DNA of 64,000 nucleotides from Candidatus Bathyarchaeota archaeon (lineage in GTDB: Archaea; Thermoproteota; Bathyarchaeia; Bathyarchaeales; Bathycorpusculaceae): contig CAWHXY010000004.1 of assembly GCA_963833575.1 (NCBI GenBank), positions 352,001 to 416,000 of the forward strand, given 5' to 3'. Positions 10,747 through 21,020 of the stretch are shown one piece after another. A program made the translations under genes and the position numbers. Under the pieces are notes generated by a model. That model saw only the letters and a program-made list of their open reading frames with translations, ran no database searches and was not told where the DNA came from. The first letter of the stretch is position 1. Each line of letters starts with the position of its first letter.

Positions 10747-12264
10747 CTATTCTACCTGCATGTTTGAATTTTTAAGTTTTGCGTTTTCAGTTTTTTCTGA
10801 AGTGTAGGTTTCTAAGGTTACGTTGAGTTTCTTTTCAGCATCGGCAAAGCTCTTTTTAAGTTTAGCTGTATCATTTTTTGCTTCTGCCATGGTTTTCTTG
10901 CTTGTTGCGATGGATTTTTCAACCTCAACTGCTGATGGACCGCCTTGCACTTTATACATTTCGACTATTTTACGCGGATTTGTGCATTCACTGATGTCCT
11001 CTTTCTTAACTGTCAATTTGACTCCAGCAGCTTGTAAAGCGACCGTTTGTATCATTTCAGGTGTTGCATATAGTAAAGTCTGATGTGAATCGATAAGTGT
11101 CTTAACAAGAGCGCCAACTATCTTGTGAGATGTGCGGAAAGCTACATTGTATTTTCGTACAAATAAGTTGGCGAGCTCTGTTGCTCCGACGAAACCTACG
11201 GCGGCTTTGCTTTCAACGTTTGATGAAACTTTCAAGTTAGGAATAAGCGTTGAAAATATGTTAAGTGACTGGGATAGGTTGTCTACTTCAGCCCAAAGTT
11301 TCGGGGTTACCTCCTGGAAATCTAGATTATATGTTGAAGGCAAACTTTTCACTGCAGCGGCTGAAGCTACGAAATCGCCTAGTGCATAGCTGGCATGTGC
11401 ACGGATGACTTCAAGCACTTCAGGATTCTTTTTCTGCGGCATAATGCTACTAGTTGAAGTGAAATCGTCGGGTAATTCAACTGTTCCGAACTCTTGAGAA
11501 CTCCAAATTATCAAATCCTCAGCTAAACGACTTAAATTCACGGCAAGCAAAACCAAAGCCGCTTGAGTTTCAAGAATAAAGTCTCTGCCTCCCACCGCAT
11601 CAAGCGAATTCTCCAACACATTATCAAAGCCTAAAAGCTGAGCGGTCCGTTTCCGGTTTATTGGGAAACTTGTAGTTGCTAATGCTCCTGCGCCAAGAGG
11701 ACACAGATTAACACGTTCAAAAGCTCCCTGCAGTCTTCCCAAGTCTCTCTCTAACGCTTGAACCTGAGAAAGCAAATAATGCGCAAATGTAACGGGTTGC
11801 GCCGCCTGCAAGTGAGTGTACTCTAAAATGACTGTGCTCACGTGTTTAGTAGCTGTGTCTAAGAGGCTTTTCTGCATCTCAATGACACCAAGCATCATTT
11901 CGACAAGTTCTTTTCTGAGTTGCATGCGAATGGCGGTTACAACTTGGTCATTTCTGCTTTTTGCGACATGCAGGTTTCCGCCGATTTCAGGTCCCGTTTC
12001 CGCAAGGACAGCCTCTTCAACTGCCATATGAACGTCTTCAGCAGAAGAGTCAAGATTAGCTTTAGACTGTTTAGAGAGGGCTTTTAGGATTTTTGCGCCA
12101 TCTTGCCACTGAATAATTTTCTGCTCCATGAGCATTATTACATGGGCTTTATTGATGCCAATGACAGCGTTGGCTAAGCGCTCATCATCTTTTCGTGAAG
12201 ACGTAAACTTTGCTACATCTTCACGCACGGATGATAATCGTCCGCCATGCAGAATCTTTGACAT
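10747..12264 (-). CDS. argH: Argininosuccinate lyase
   Basis: KSRNDQ, YTHLQAAQP and SSIMPQKKNPE motifs. Confidence 0.97.
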   Translation of the reverse strand: MSKILHGGRLSSVREDVAKFTSSRKDDERLANAVIGINKAHVIMLMEQKIIQWQDGAKILKALSKQSKANLDSSAEDVHMAVEEAVLAETGPEIGGNLHVAKSRNDQVVTAIRMQLRKELVEMMLGVIEMQKSLLDTATKHVSTVILEYTHLQAAQPVTFAHYLLSQVQALERDLGRLQGAFERVNLCPLGAGALATTSFPINRKRTAQLLGFDNVLENSLDAVGGRDFILETQAALVLLAVNLSRLAEDLIIWSSQEFGTVELPDDFTSTSSIMPQKKNPEVLEVIRAHASYALGDFVASAAAVKSLPSTYNLDFQEVTPKLWAEVDNLSQSLNIFSTLIPNLKVSSNVESKAAVGFVGATELANLFVRKYNVAFRTSHKIVGALVKTLIDSHQTLLYATPEMIQTVALQAAGVKLTVKKEDISECTNPRKIVEMYKVQGGPSAVEVEKSIATSKKTMAEAKNDTAKLKKSFADAEKKLNVTLETYTSEKTENAKLKNSNMQVE

Positions 12265-12280
12265 CTTTTTATCTTCCTAA

Positions 12281-13513
12281 TCACTTTTTAGATATACTTG
12301 CTTTTTTTCCAGCCGATTTCTTACTCGTTTTTTTCAGGGCATTGTACATTCTTGTTTGCAATCCCCACAGTTCAATGAAGCCTTTAGAGTAGGACTGATT
12401 GAAGGAGGTTTTGATGTTGTAGTTAGCCAAGTTTTTGTCATAGAGCGACATAGGTGAGGAGCGACCGATAATCTGCATGCTGCCCTTGTAGAGTTTAAGT
12501 TTTACTTCCCCGTTAACATTTTCTTGGGATTTGTTGATGAATGCGTCCAAGTCATCTTTCAATGGATCAACCCACAGTCCAGCGTATGCAAGGAACACCC
12601 ATTCAGCGTCAACCTGCTGTTTAAATAAGACCTGATGACGAGTCATAACCATTTTTTCAAGGTCTTTATGAGCTTCCAAAATCACTGTTGCCGCTGGGCA
12701 TTCGTAAACTTCACGAGATTTTATACCGACAAGGCGGTCTTCAATGTGATCTATTCTGCCCACACCATTTCTGCCAGCAATTTTATTCATTTCCTCAACA
12801 AGTTCAAGGGGCAACATGGACTCGCCATTAACAGCTACTGGAACTCCTGCTTCAAATTGAATAGTAACGATTTCAGGAGTGTTAGGTGCTTTTTCGCCAG
12901 AAACCGTCCATTCATAAGCGTCCTCTGGAGGCTCTTGACTTGCATCCTCAAGCAGCCCACATTCAATGGCTCTTCCCCAGACGCTTGCATCTATGCTATA
13001 TTTTTTGGCTGCATTAGAGACAGGAATGCCTTTGGTTTTTGCATAAGCGATTTCTTCTTCACGCGTCATACCCCATTCGCGCACTGGAGCAATAATTTTT
13101 CTGTCAGGCGCTAAAGAACCCAACGTCACGTCGAACCGTACCTGATCGTTGCCTCTTCCCGTGCACCCGTGCGCTAACGCGGTAGCGCCTTCTTTTTCGG
13201 CGATTTCAACCATTTTCGCAGCGATTAATGGTCTGGAGAGGCTTGTGCTTATTGGATACTTACCCTCATAGAGCGCGTTTGCTTTTATTGCTGGAAAAAT
13301 GTAGTCTTTCGCAAATTCATCTTTTGCATCAATAGAAAAATGTTTGAGAACGCCCAATTTCTTGGCTTTTTCTTCAGCTGCTTTAAGATCTTCCCCTTGA
13401 CCAACATCAACAGTTACTGTAATTACCTGTGCATCGTATTTTTCTTGAAGATATTTAATTAACACGGATGTGTCTAATCCGCCGGAGTATGCTAATACGA
13501 TTTTTTCTGTTAT
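12281..13513 (-). CDS. argG: Argininosuccinate synthase (start extended to an ATA codon at 13513)
   Basis: HGCTGRGNDQVRF and GIKSRE motifs; the conserved KIVLAYSGGLDTS lies upstream of the track start; GAGGGAG SD sits 5 nt before ATA. Confidence 0.95.
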   Translation of the reverse strand: MTEKIVLAYSGGLDTSVLIKYLQEKYDAQVITVTVDVGQGEDLKAAEEKAKKLGVLKHFSIDAKDEFAKDYIFPAIKANALYEGKYPISTSLSRPLIAAKMVEIAEKEGATALAHGCTGRGNDQVRFDVTLGSLAPDRKIIAPVREWGMTREEEIAYAKTKGIPVSNAAKKYSIDASVWGRAIECGLLEDASQEPPEDAYEWTVSGEKAPNTPEIVTIQFEAGVPVAVNGESMLPLELVEEMNKIAGRNGVGRIDHIEDRLVGIKSREVYECPAATVILEAHKDLEKMVMTRHQVLFKQQVDAEWVFLAYAGLWVDPLKDDLDAFINKSQENVNGEVKLKLYKGSMQIIGRSSPMSLYDKNLANYNIKTSFNQSYSKGFIELWGLQTRMYNALKKTSKKSAGKKASISKK

Positions 13514-13637
13514 TTTTGCTCCCTCATTTTTTAAGCTAAATTGTTCCCGTTACCTTTAACGCTGTATTTTTAAAGGTTTTGACTTTTTTGTTACTTAACA
13601 AAATTTAAATGTACCATTTGATACAAGATGTTCCAAT

Positions 13638-14216
13638 ATGACAATAGCTCAAGATGTCCGAAATTACCTGAGAAACAAACCTTACCTACTGGAAGCCTTA
13701 GAAAAAGGCATAGTAAACCTGAGCGAGCTTTCGCGTCAAATACAAAAAGAAATAAAAACCAATGACACCAGCGCTATAAAAGCTGCACTACGCCGATATT
13801 CAGAGGAACTACAGAAGCACAAACATAAAAGAGAAGAAAAAGTCCTCCTCCTTCTAAAGCGTAGCAGCATATCTGTATACGATCGAAAGGCAGTAATAAT
13901 AACTGCAAAAGAAATTGCCGTTAAAACGGGTATGGGAGTTGATTTAGTTGGCAAATTTGTTTACTTACTCGATAGGAGCGATTTGCCTGAACGCGTAAAC
14001 GCTTTAATTAAGCATGATAATTGTACAATGATTGTCGTTCATTCGCCTGAAGAACTTGAGGCAACCCCGGGAGTTGTCGCGTTCCTAACTGCTCTTCTTG
14101 CAGAGCAAAATGTGAACATAATTGAGTTCATTTCTTGTTGGACAGAAACAATTATTGTCGTTGAGAAAAAAGACAGCCTCAAAACCTATGAGACTTTAAC
14201 CAACATGGTAGGTTAA
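13638..14216 (+). CDS. HTH plus ACT-domain amino-acid-responsive regulator-like protein
   Basis: GIVNLSELSR helix-turn-helix-like N-terminus; TPGVVAFL...NVNIIEFISC ACT-like C-terminus; lies between the arg and thr operons. Confidence 0.7.
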   Translation: MTIAQDVRNYLRNKPYLLEALEKGIVNLSELSRQIQKEIKTNDTSAIKAALRRYSEELQKHKHKREEKVLLLLKRSSISVYDRKAVIITAKEIAVKTGMGVDLVGKFVYLLDRSDLPERVNALIKHDNCTMIVVHSPEELEATPGVVAFLTALLAEQNVNIIEFISCWTETIIVVEKKDSLKTYETLTNMVG

Positions 14217-14315
14217 GAAGCGTAACCGACAATAATAAAATTAATAATGCTGTGACTGATATTTCAGGTACAACTTCACGATCATTCCAATAATTACTGT
14301 AAAGGAGTTTAAACT

Positions 14316-15566
14316 ATGACACATCAAGAATGCATAAACTGCAAAACACAATATGGTATAGACGAGATTCTTTATTTCTGCAAGAAATGCGGGGACATTC
14401 TTGAAATAAAATTTGACTTCAAAGAACTAGCACAAAGCCTCAAAGAAAGCGACTGGAAAACAAAACCTCTATCCGTTTGGAGATACCGCAACTTCATGCC
14501 TATCCACGAAGCTACGAACGTAGTCACCTTAAACGAAGGGGGTACAGGTCTGCACCGCTCACAAAGGTTAGGCGATGAGCTAGGATTAAAACAGCTTTAC
14601 GTTAAGAATGAAGGCGAAAACCCGACAGGCAGCTTCAAAGACCGAGGTATGACCGTTGGCGTTACCAAAGCTGCTGAGCTTGGCGCAAGACATGTTATTT
14701 GTGCTTCAACAGGTAACACCAGCGCCAGTTTAGCTGCTTACGCTGCAAGGGCTGGATTGAAATGCACTGTTCTTATTCCCTCAGGCAAGATTGCCTATGG
14801 AAAATTGGCACAAGCCATGATTCACGGCGCCAAAGTTTTACAGGTCCGAGGAAACTTTGACCAAGCCTTAGAATTCGTTCTTAAACTTGCTGAAAAGCAC
14901 AAGAGCATTTACCTACTAAACTCAATTAACCCCTTCCGCATTGAAGGACAAAAATCGCTGGGATATGAGATCTGCGAACAGCTAAACAACAAAGCTCCAG
15001 ACAGAATCATAATACCCGTCGGAAACGCAGGTAACATAAGCGCCGTCTGGAAAGGCTTAACTGAATTCCACCAACTTGGGTTTATAAAAACACTCCCAAA
15101 AATGACTGGGATACAAGCTGTCGGCTCAGCGCCCATTGCGCAAGCAATCAAAACAAACAGCGAAAAAATAATTCCAGTTGAAAACCCAGAGACAGTAGCC
15201 ACAGCTATTCGAATCGGCGCCCCAGTAAGCTGGAAGAAAGCAGTAAACGCTATTCACGAATCGCATGGAACCGCGGAAACCGTTACCGACGAGGAAATCT
15301 TAGATGCACAGAAAATGCTTGCTCGCATTGAGGGAATTTTCGTGGAGCCTGCAAGCGCCTCATCCATTGCAGGGTTAAAGAAACTGGTTAACAATGGAGT
15401 TATCGACAAAGACGAAAGGGTAGTATGTATCACGACAGGGCACGGTTTAAAAGATCCTGATACTGCGATTAAGCAAAGCGAAAAACCCATTGAAGTTGAT
15501 GCTGAAATCTCAGCAATCGAACAAGCTTTGGGATTGCAAACTCGAAGGGTCATTTTGGCAAGGTGA
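14316..15566 (+). CDS. thrC: Threonine synthase
   Basis: NPTGSFKDRG PLP-lysine motif; ASTGNT; TGHGLKD. Confidence 0.97.
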   Translation: MTHQECINCKTQYGIDEILYFCKKCGDILEIKFDFKELAQSLKESDWKTKPLSVWRYRNFMPIHEATNVVTLNEGGTGLHRSQRLGDELGLKQLYVKNEGENPTGSFKDRGMTVGVTKAAELGARHVICASTGNTSASLAAYAARAGLKCTVLIPSGKIAYGKLAQAMIHGAKVLQVRGNFDQALEFVLKLAEKHKSIYLLNSINPFRIEGQKSLGYEICEQLNNKAPDRIIIPVGNAGNISAVWKGLTEFHQLGFIKTLPKMTGIQAVGSAPIAQAIKTNSEKIIPVENPETVATAIRIGAPVSWKKAVNAIHESHGTAETVTDEEILDAQKMLARIEGIFVEPASASSIAGLKKLVNNGVIDKDERVVCITTGHGLKDPDTAIKQSEKPIEVDAEISAIEQALGLQTRRVILAR

Positions 15567-16618
15567 ATATGAAAATGAGGATTATCTTAGTTGGCTATGG
15601 CGTAGTCGGGAAGGGTGTAACCACTATTCTGGCTCAAAGAAATGTAGAAAAAATTAAAGATTATGGGTTTAACCCAAAAATAGTTGCCATCGCTGATATT
15701 GATGGCGCTGTCATCAGCCCAAAGGGTCTGAGCCCTGAAAAGCTGGAAGCTATTAAGCAACGTGGGTACCCAATTTCTGCAGATCCCGACTTCGGACAAC
15801 CAGGAATCCCAGCGTTAGAGGTTATTGAGTCGGTTGAAGCAGAAGTGGTTGTTGAAGTTACACCTGTAAACATTAAAAACGGTGAACCAGCCCTATCACA
15901 CATCACCACGGCTTTTAAAACGGGAAAACATGTCGTTACAACTAACAAAGGACCATTAGCCCTAGCCATGCCAGCCCTCACAGAACTAGCGGATTATAAC
16001 AATGTTTACCTACGTTTTAGCGGTACCGTTGGGGGTGGAACACCCATGCTGGAGTTTGCTAAACGATGCCTCGCAGGCGACAAAATTCTATCCATACGAG
16101 GAATACTAAACGGTACAACCAATTACATTCTAACTGAAATGTCACAAAACCGCGTTACGTTCCAAGAAGCATTAGCAAATGCGCAGAAACTTGGTTACGC
16201 TGAAAGAGAACCATCAATGGATATTGACGGATTTGATACCGCATGCAAAGTAGTCATTTTAGCAAACTGGATTATGAACAAAAAAATCACCTTAAAAGAC
16301 GTTGACATAACAGGCATCCGAGACGTTTCTTTGCAAGCACTTGACGAAGCTTCAAAAAGAGGCAATACAATCAAGCTCATAGGTTCAATAGATGGCGACA
16401 AACCAGCCGTTAAGCCAACAGAAATACCCAAAAACCACCCCATATGCGTCAGCGGAGTTCTCAATGCAATAACTTTCTCTACTCAATATGCTGCAGAACA
16501 AACTCTCATAGGTAGAGGCGCAGGGGGAATTGAGACTGCGAGTGCAGTTTTAAGAGATCTTCTAGACATAAGACATAAGTTAGCAAACCGGATGCTAAAT
16601 AATAGCTCGGAGTCCTAA
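15563..16618 (+). CDS. hom: Homoserine dehydrogenase
   Basis: GYGVVG, VTTNKG, GILNGTTNYIL and GRGAGG motifs. Confidence 0.95.
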   Translation: MNMKMRIILVGYGVVGKGVTTILAQRNVEKIKDYGFNPKIVAIADIDGAVISPKGLSPEKLEAIKQRGYPISADPDFGQPGIPALEVIESVEAEVVVEVTPVNIKNGEPALSHITTAFKTGKHVVTTNKGPLALAMPALTELADYNNVYLRFSGTVGGGTPMLEFAKRCLAGDKILSIRGILNGTTNYILTEMSQNRVTFQEALANAQKLGYAEREPSMDIDGFDTACKVVILANWIMNKKITLKDVDITGIRDVSLQALDEASKRGNTIKLIGSIDGDKPAVKPTEIPKNHPICVSGVLNAITFSTQYAAEQTLIGRGAGGIETASAVLRDLLDIRHKLANRMLNNSSES

Positions 16619-16620
16619 AA

Positions 16621-18027
16621 ATGAAAATCGTAATGAAATTCGGCGGCACAAGCGTTGCTACAGGCGAAAACATACGTCATGTGGTTGATTTGGTTACTAA
16701 GAACGCAAAAAAAGATAGAGTTGCCGTAGTTGTGTCAGCTTTAGCGGGCGTAACTAACAGCTTGATTGAAGTTGCTGAGCGGGCCAAGAAAAGCGATGAA
16801 AAACATATCCAAACTTTTACCAAAGAGTTGATGAACAAACATTTAGAGGCAATTTCGACTGCAATCAAAAGTAAAGAGATTCAGATGGAAGTTACTCAAA
16901 TTACCGAGAAAACTTTAGCCGAGCTAGAGAAAGTTTTAACAGGCATCTGCTATGTTGGCGAGGTTACATCAAAATCTAAAGATTATGTGGTTTCCTTTGG
17001 TGAGCGATTGTCTGCGCCTATTGTTTGGGGAGCCATAAAAGATGCCGGATTTGAAACCCAATGGTTTACTGGCAAAGAAGCAGGTATTGTCACTGACTCC
17101 AACTTTGGTGAAGCTGACCCACTTATGAACTACACGACTCATCTCATCCGAGAACGACTTGTACCACTAATGGAAAAAGGAGTCATTCCAGTTGTTACAG
17201 GCTACATTGCCGCTAATCAAGATGGCATAATCACCACTGTTGGCAGAGGCGGCTCAGACTATACCGCAACTATATTGGGGGTAGCATTAAATGTTGACGA
17301 AGTTTGGATTTGGACTGATGTTGACGGCATAATGACCACAGATCCCAAAATAGTTAAGGCAGCTAAAATGCTTTCACAACTAAGTTATCAGGAAGCGGCA
17401 GAAATGGCGATTTTCGGCGCCAAAGCCATGCACCCCCGCGCGTTGGAACCTGTAATTAAAGAAAACATTCCGGTTAGAATTAGAAGTGTTTTTCATCCAG
17501 AAAACCCGGGGACATTGATTACTAAAGAACCTGACTCGAACACAAAAGAAGCCGTTAAAGCGGTAGCCATGATTAAGGATGTTGCTATGCTCAATGTGGG
17601 CGGAGCAGGAATGGTTGGAGCGCCCGGAAGTTATGCTAAAGTGTTTGATGTTCTTGGAAAAAACAACATTAACGTCATGATGATTTCTACTGCGGCTTCG
17701 GAAGCAAACATTTCAATGATTATTAAACGGGGCTTGTTGGGCAGGGCAATTAGCAACTTGGAGATTGCACTTTTGGACAGAGGCGGATTAGTCAGTGAGG
17801 TTTCTGCGGAAGATGATGTCGCCGTAATAGCTGTTATGGGCGCTAACATGAAGGGGACCTTAGGCGTCGCATCAAAGATATTTTCAACTGTCGCCAAAAA
17901 AGGCATAAACATACGCATGATTGCACAAGGCAGCTCAGAACTAAACATTTCCTTTGTCGTAAAAGAGAAAGATGGAGCAGCAGTTGTTAGAGCCATACAC
18001 GAAGAATTCAACCTAGACAAAATCTAA
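16621..18027 (+). CDS. lysC: Aspartate kinase
   Basis: KFGGTS, GRGGSDY, WTDVDG; two ACT domains. Confidence 0.95.
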   Translation: MKIVMKFGGTSVATGENIRHVVDLVTKNAKKDRVAVVVSALAGVTNSLIEVAERAKKSDEKHIQTFTKELMNKHLEAISTAIKSKEIQMEVTQITEKTLAELEKVLTGICYVGEVTSKSKDYVVSFGERLSAPIVWGAIKDAGFETQWFTGKEAGIVTDSNFGEADPLMNYTTHLIRERLVPLMEKGVIPVVTGYIAANQDGIITTVGRGGSDYTATILGVALNVDEVWIWTDVDGIMTTDPKIVKAAKMLSQLSYQEAAEMAIFGAKAMHPRALEPVIKENIPVRIRSVFHPENPGTLITKEPDSNTKEAVKAVAMIKDVAMLNVGGAGMVGAPGSYAKVFDVLGKNNINVMMISTAASEANISMIIKRGLLGRAISNLEIALLDRGGLVSEVSAEDDVAVIAVMGANMKGTLGVASKIFSTVAKKGINIRMIAQGSSELNISFVVKEKDGAAVVRAIHEEFNLDKI

Positions 18028-18100
18028 ATCTGAAAAGGGAAAAGGAAATGGGAGTTCCGTTCCTTCCACAGATTTCTAAAAGGTTTCTTATCCATGTAAA

Positions 18101-18260
18101 GTTTGCGACTGATCTAATCCAAAATAGGCTAAACTAGATTAAAAAAGCTTAAACTAGATTAAACTAGATCAAACTAGATTAAACTAGATCAAAACGCACT
18201 CAACCTGAAAAAAATTCAAGTCTTAAACCAAAGAAGCAACCCAAATCAAGCTGCAAAAAA
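18101..18260 (+). repeat. Dispersed repeat copy B (AAACTAGATT array plus tail)
   Basis: GTTTGCGACT, about 7 10-mers, then CTCAACCTG...TTCAAGTCTTAAACCAAAGAAGCAACCC. Confidence 0.85.
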
Positions 18261-18331
18261 ATTGAAGCACCCTGCACAACGCTTGCTCTTCCCGGCCACA
18301 AATTCGTCAATGGCTCGCTAATCCACATCAT

Positions 18332-18425
18332 GTTTGCGACTAATCTAGCTTAAACTAGCTTGAACTAGCTTAAAAGGGCTTAAATTAGCTTAAACTAGAT
18401 TAAAATGCACTCAACCTGCAAACGA
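18332..18425 (+). repeat. Dispersed repeat copy C (AAACTAGCTT array, truncated tail)
   Basis: 85/89 nt identical (counted by hand) to the reverse complement of 25178-25266. Confidence 0.9.
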
Positions 18426-18523
18426 TACATACCCTAATTTACAAAAACATTGTGAAATAAGCTGTTCAAATTTGCTGTGGATTCCAAATAAGAACAATAT
18501 CGTGGACAGTAAATAGACAAAGC

Positions 18524-18655
18524 AGGGTATCGGGGACAAAAAGGGACAAATCGCGACATTTTGGGACAATTAGCGACAATACTAGACGAAACCTACACCT
18601 AAATTAAGCTCTAAATCAAAAAAGCAACTTGAAATGCAAAGAAAAAACTGCACAA
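18524..18655 (+). repeat. Dispersed repeat copy D (GGACAAA/CGACAAT array plus tail)
   Basis: GAC recurs every 10 bp about 6 times, then AAATTAAGCTCTAAATCAAAAAAGCAAC. Confidence 0.75.
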
Positions 18656-18685
18656 AAAAATCAAAAAAGAAACCACTTGCCTCGC

Positions 18686-20737
18686 TTATTTCGTTCCAAG
18701 TTGCTCAAGCATCACCAATGGATTGTTAGTTGCTGGTAGGCACATTTGGTCTTTGCAGACATAGGCGGTTGCTTTGCCATCGATTTGTCGGTAGCCTAAA
18801 CCCGCTTGGTCTGGACTTTTAAGCATGACAGTAGTGGTTGGCAGGTAATGTTTCCTTAATGCATCAAGCATGTCTACGGTGTCTTTCTGTTTTAGGTCTC
18901 CTACTAAGGTTACAATGTAGGATGGCCCAATCAAAAAGTCAAACGCACAGAGGAAGAAAGTGTAGGCTTCTGGTACGCCTTCGATTTCCTGACCGAATGT
19001 TCTGGTCATTTCTGTTGCCTTCTGGTCGTAAGTGGGTTCGTTGGTTAAGCGGCTAAGCAACATCAAATCCAGTAGCGCTACGGAGTTGCCAGATGGAAGA
19101 GCGCCGTCGTATAGCTGTTTCATTTTTGGCATAGATGCCTCAGCGTTCTGTGCTTGGAAGAATCCGCCGTTCTTGTCATCCCAAAACTTCTTAATCATAG
19201 TTTTCGTTAAAGCGGATGCGGCTTCAAGGTATTTATCTTGGAAGGTTGCTTCGTAGAGCTCAATTAATCCATAAGTGAGAAAGGCGTAGTCGTCAAGGAA
19301 GCCGTTGATGGCGGTTTCTTCTTTTGCGTAGCGGTGATAAAGCGTGTCGTCTTTTAGCATTTTGTTTAAGATGAAGTCAGCTGTTTTCACGGCTTTTGAA
19401 ATATAGTTAGGTTGGTCAAGAATAACTCCGGCTTTAGCCAATGCCGCTACCATTAAGCCATTCCAATCCGTTAACACTTTATCATCTATGGCAGGAGCTA
19501 TACGTTTTTTTCTTATTTCAAAAAGGGTGTGTTGAATTTTGCCAAGCCTCATGATGAGTTCGTCCAGAGTTAAGCCTTTATAGGCTGCAAGTTCATCAAG
19601 CGGTTCGGCGAGGTGGAAAATGTTTTTGCCTTTGCCATTAGGAAAGTTGCCTTCAGCTTTTAACCCAAAAAGGTGCACAGCCAAATCTGCATCCGAAGGC
19701 TGTAACAAATCAAGGACTTCTTGAAGGGTCCACATATAATACTTGCCTTCTTCACCTTCAGAGTCAGCATCTTGAGCTGAATAGAAGCCGCCTTGTGGAG
19801 AAGACAAATCGCGAATGCAGTAATCTATGGTTTCCTTAGCAGTTATTTTGAATTTTCCAGCCCCCGTCACCTGATACGTTTCAACATACGCTAACGTGAG
19901 CAGGGCTTGGTCGTAGAGCATTTTCTCAAAATGCGGCACCAACCATTGATGGTCAGTACTGTAACGATGAAAACCAAGACCGATTTGATCAAATATTCCA
20001 CCAAGTCTCATTCGCCGAAGCGTCTGCTCAACCATACCTAAAGGCTTCTTTTGACCTGTTTTAGCGTAATAGCGCAGAAGATAGAGGAGTTTGTGAGGTG
20101 TGGGAAATTTTGGTGCTGTTCCAAAGCCGCCGTTATCTGGGTCATAATCAAGCGTTAAACGATCGTAAACATCTTGCAATATTTCTTTGCCGAGTTGAGT
20201 TTGGCTTGTTCGTGTTTCTATCGCTTGTATCCGCGCCTTTATATCGGCGCCCACCATCTCCGCCTGTTGACGCTGAATTTTCCACACTTGCATAATTTGG
20301 GGAACAAGATCCAACATACCGACTAATCCTGGTTTACTATATTTTGGGATGTAGCTTGCAGCGAAAAAAGGGTTCAGCTTAGGCGTAAGCATTATGTTGA
20401 GGGGCCAACCGCAGCTTCTGCCCATAGCTTGACATACAGCCATGTACACCGCGTCCAAGTCGGGTCTTTCTTCTCGGTCAACTTTGATGCAAATAAAAGC
20501 TTGGTTTAGGAGGTCTGCAACCAGCTGATCGTTGAAGCATTCCTCTTCCATAACGTGGCACCAATGGCAGCTGGAGTAGCCGATGCTTAGAAAGATTGGT
20601 TTGTCTTCAGCTTTCGCTTTGTCTAGGGCTTCTTGGCTCCAAGGATACCAATCGACTGGGTTGTAGGCATGCTGGAGAAGATACGGGCTTTTTTCTTTAA
20701 TCAGCCGGTTTGATTTTCGATTTTGACTTGACTGCAA
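18686..20737 (-). CDS. YyaL/SPATA20-like thioredoxin-domain protein
   Basis: [28 protein letters not shown] and [10 protein letters not shown] motifs. Confidence 0.95.
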   Translation of the reverse strand: MQSSQNRKSNRLIKEKSPYLLQHAYNPVDWYPWSQEALDKAKAEDKPIFLSIGYSSCHWCHVMEEECFNDQLVADLLNQAFICIKVDREERPDLDAVYMAVCQAMGRSCGWPLNIMLTPKLNPFFAASYIPKYSKPGLVGMLDLVPQIMQVWKIQRQQAEMVGADIKARIQAIETRTSQTQLGKEILQDVYDRLTLDYDPDNGGFGTAPKFPTPHKLLYLLRYYAKTGQKKPLGMVEQTLRRMRLGGIFDQIGLGFHRYSTDHQWLVPHFEKMLYDQALLTLAYVETYQVTGAGKFKITAKETIDYCIRDLSSPQGGFYSAQDADSEGEEGKYYMWTLQEVLDLLQPSDADLAVHLFGLKAEGNFPNGKGKNIFHLAEPLDELAAYKGLTLDELIMRLGKIQHTLFEIRKKRIAPAIDDKVLTDWNGLMVAALAKAGVILDQPNYISKAVKTADFILNKMLKDDTLYHRYAKEETAINGFLDDYAFLTYGLIELYEATFQDKYLEAASALTKTMIKKFWDDKNGGFFQAQNAEASMPKMKQLYDGALPSGNSVALLDLMLLSRLTNEPTYDQKATEMTRTFGQEIEGVPEAYTFFLCAFDFLIGPSYIVTLVGDLKQKDTVDMLDALRKHYLPTTTVMLKSPDQAGLGYRQIDGKATAYVCKDQMCLPATNNPLVMLEQLGTK

Positions 20738-20795
20738 AAAACAGAAACCTTCTTAACACAGTAATATCGAGGACTTTTTTATTAAGTTGTTTGAA

Positions 20796-20936
20796 AGAAC
20801 AACAACACCTGTGGTGCCATTTTTGTTATTTGTGTCTTGGGTTGCTTTTTTGATTTAGGGCTTGAATTGGTTGCAGGTTAATACATTTTTTGACATTATT
20901 TGACACAAATTGACGTTTTTTGAAATTATCAGACAA
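20796..20936 (-). repeat. Dispersed repeat copy E (TGTCAAA array plus tail)
   Basis: Reverse complement aligns with 6167-6314, including the final AGGTGTTGTTGTTCT. Confidence 0.85.
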
Positions 20937-20989
20937 TGAAAATATATGGTCGAAAGTAAACAACACATAGAATTAGTTTCGTTTAAAGC

Positions 20990-21013
20990 AAAAAAAGAAA
21001 AAGGGTTTTGTTG
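20990..21013 (-). terminator. Pyrimidine/U-rich terminator shared by the PQQ-propeller genes
   Basis: CAAAACCCTTTTCTTTTTTT after the stop codon; similar motifs at 48371-48394 and 52612-52637. Confidence 0.55.
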
Positions 21014-21020
21014 TGATTTT

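Noticed and set aside
18101-18655. CRISPR array
   Set aside because: Units are contiguous 10-mers with no unique spacers, and there are no cas genes
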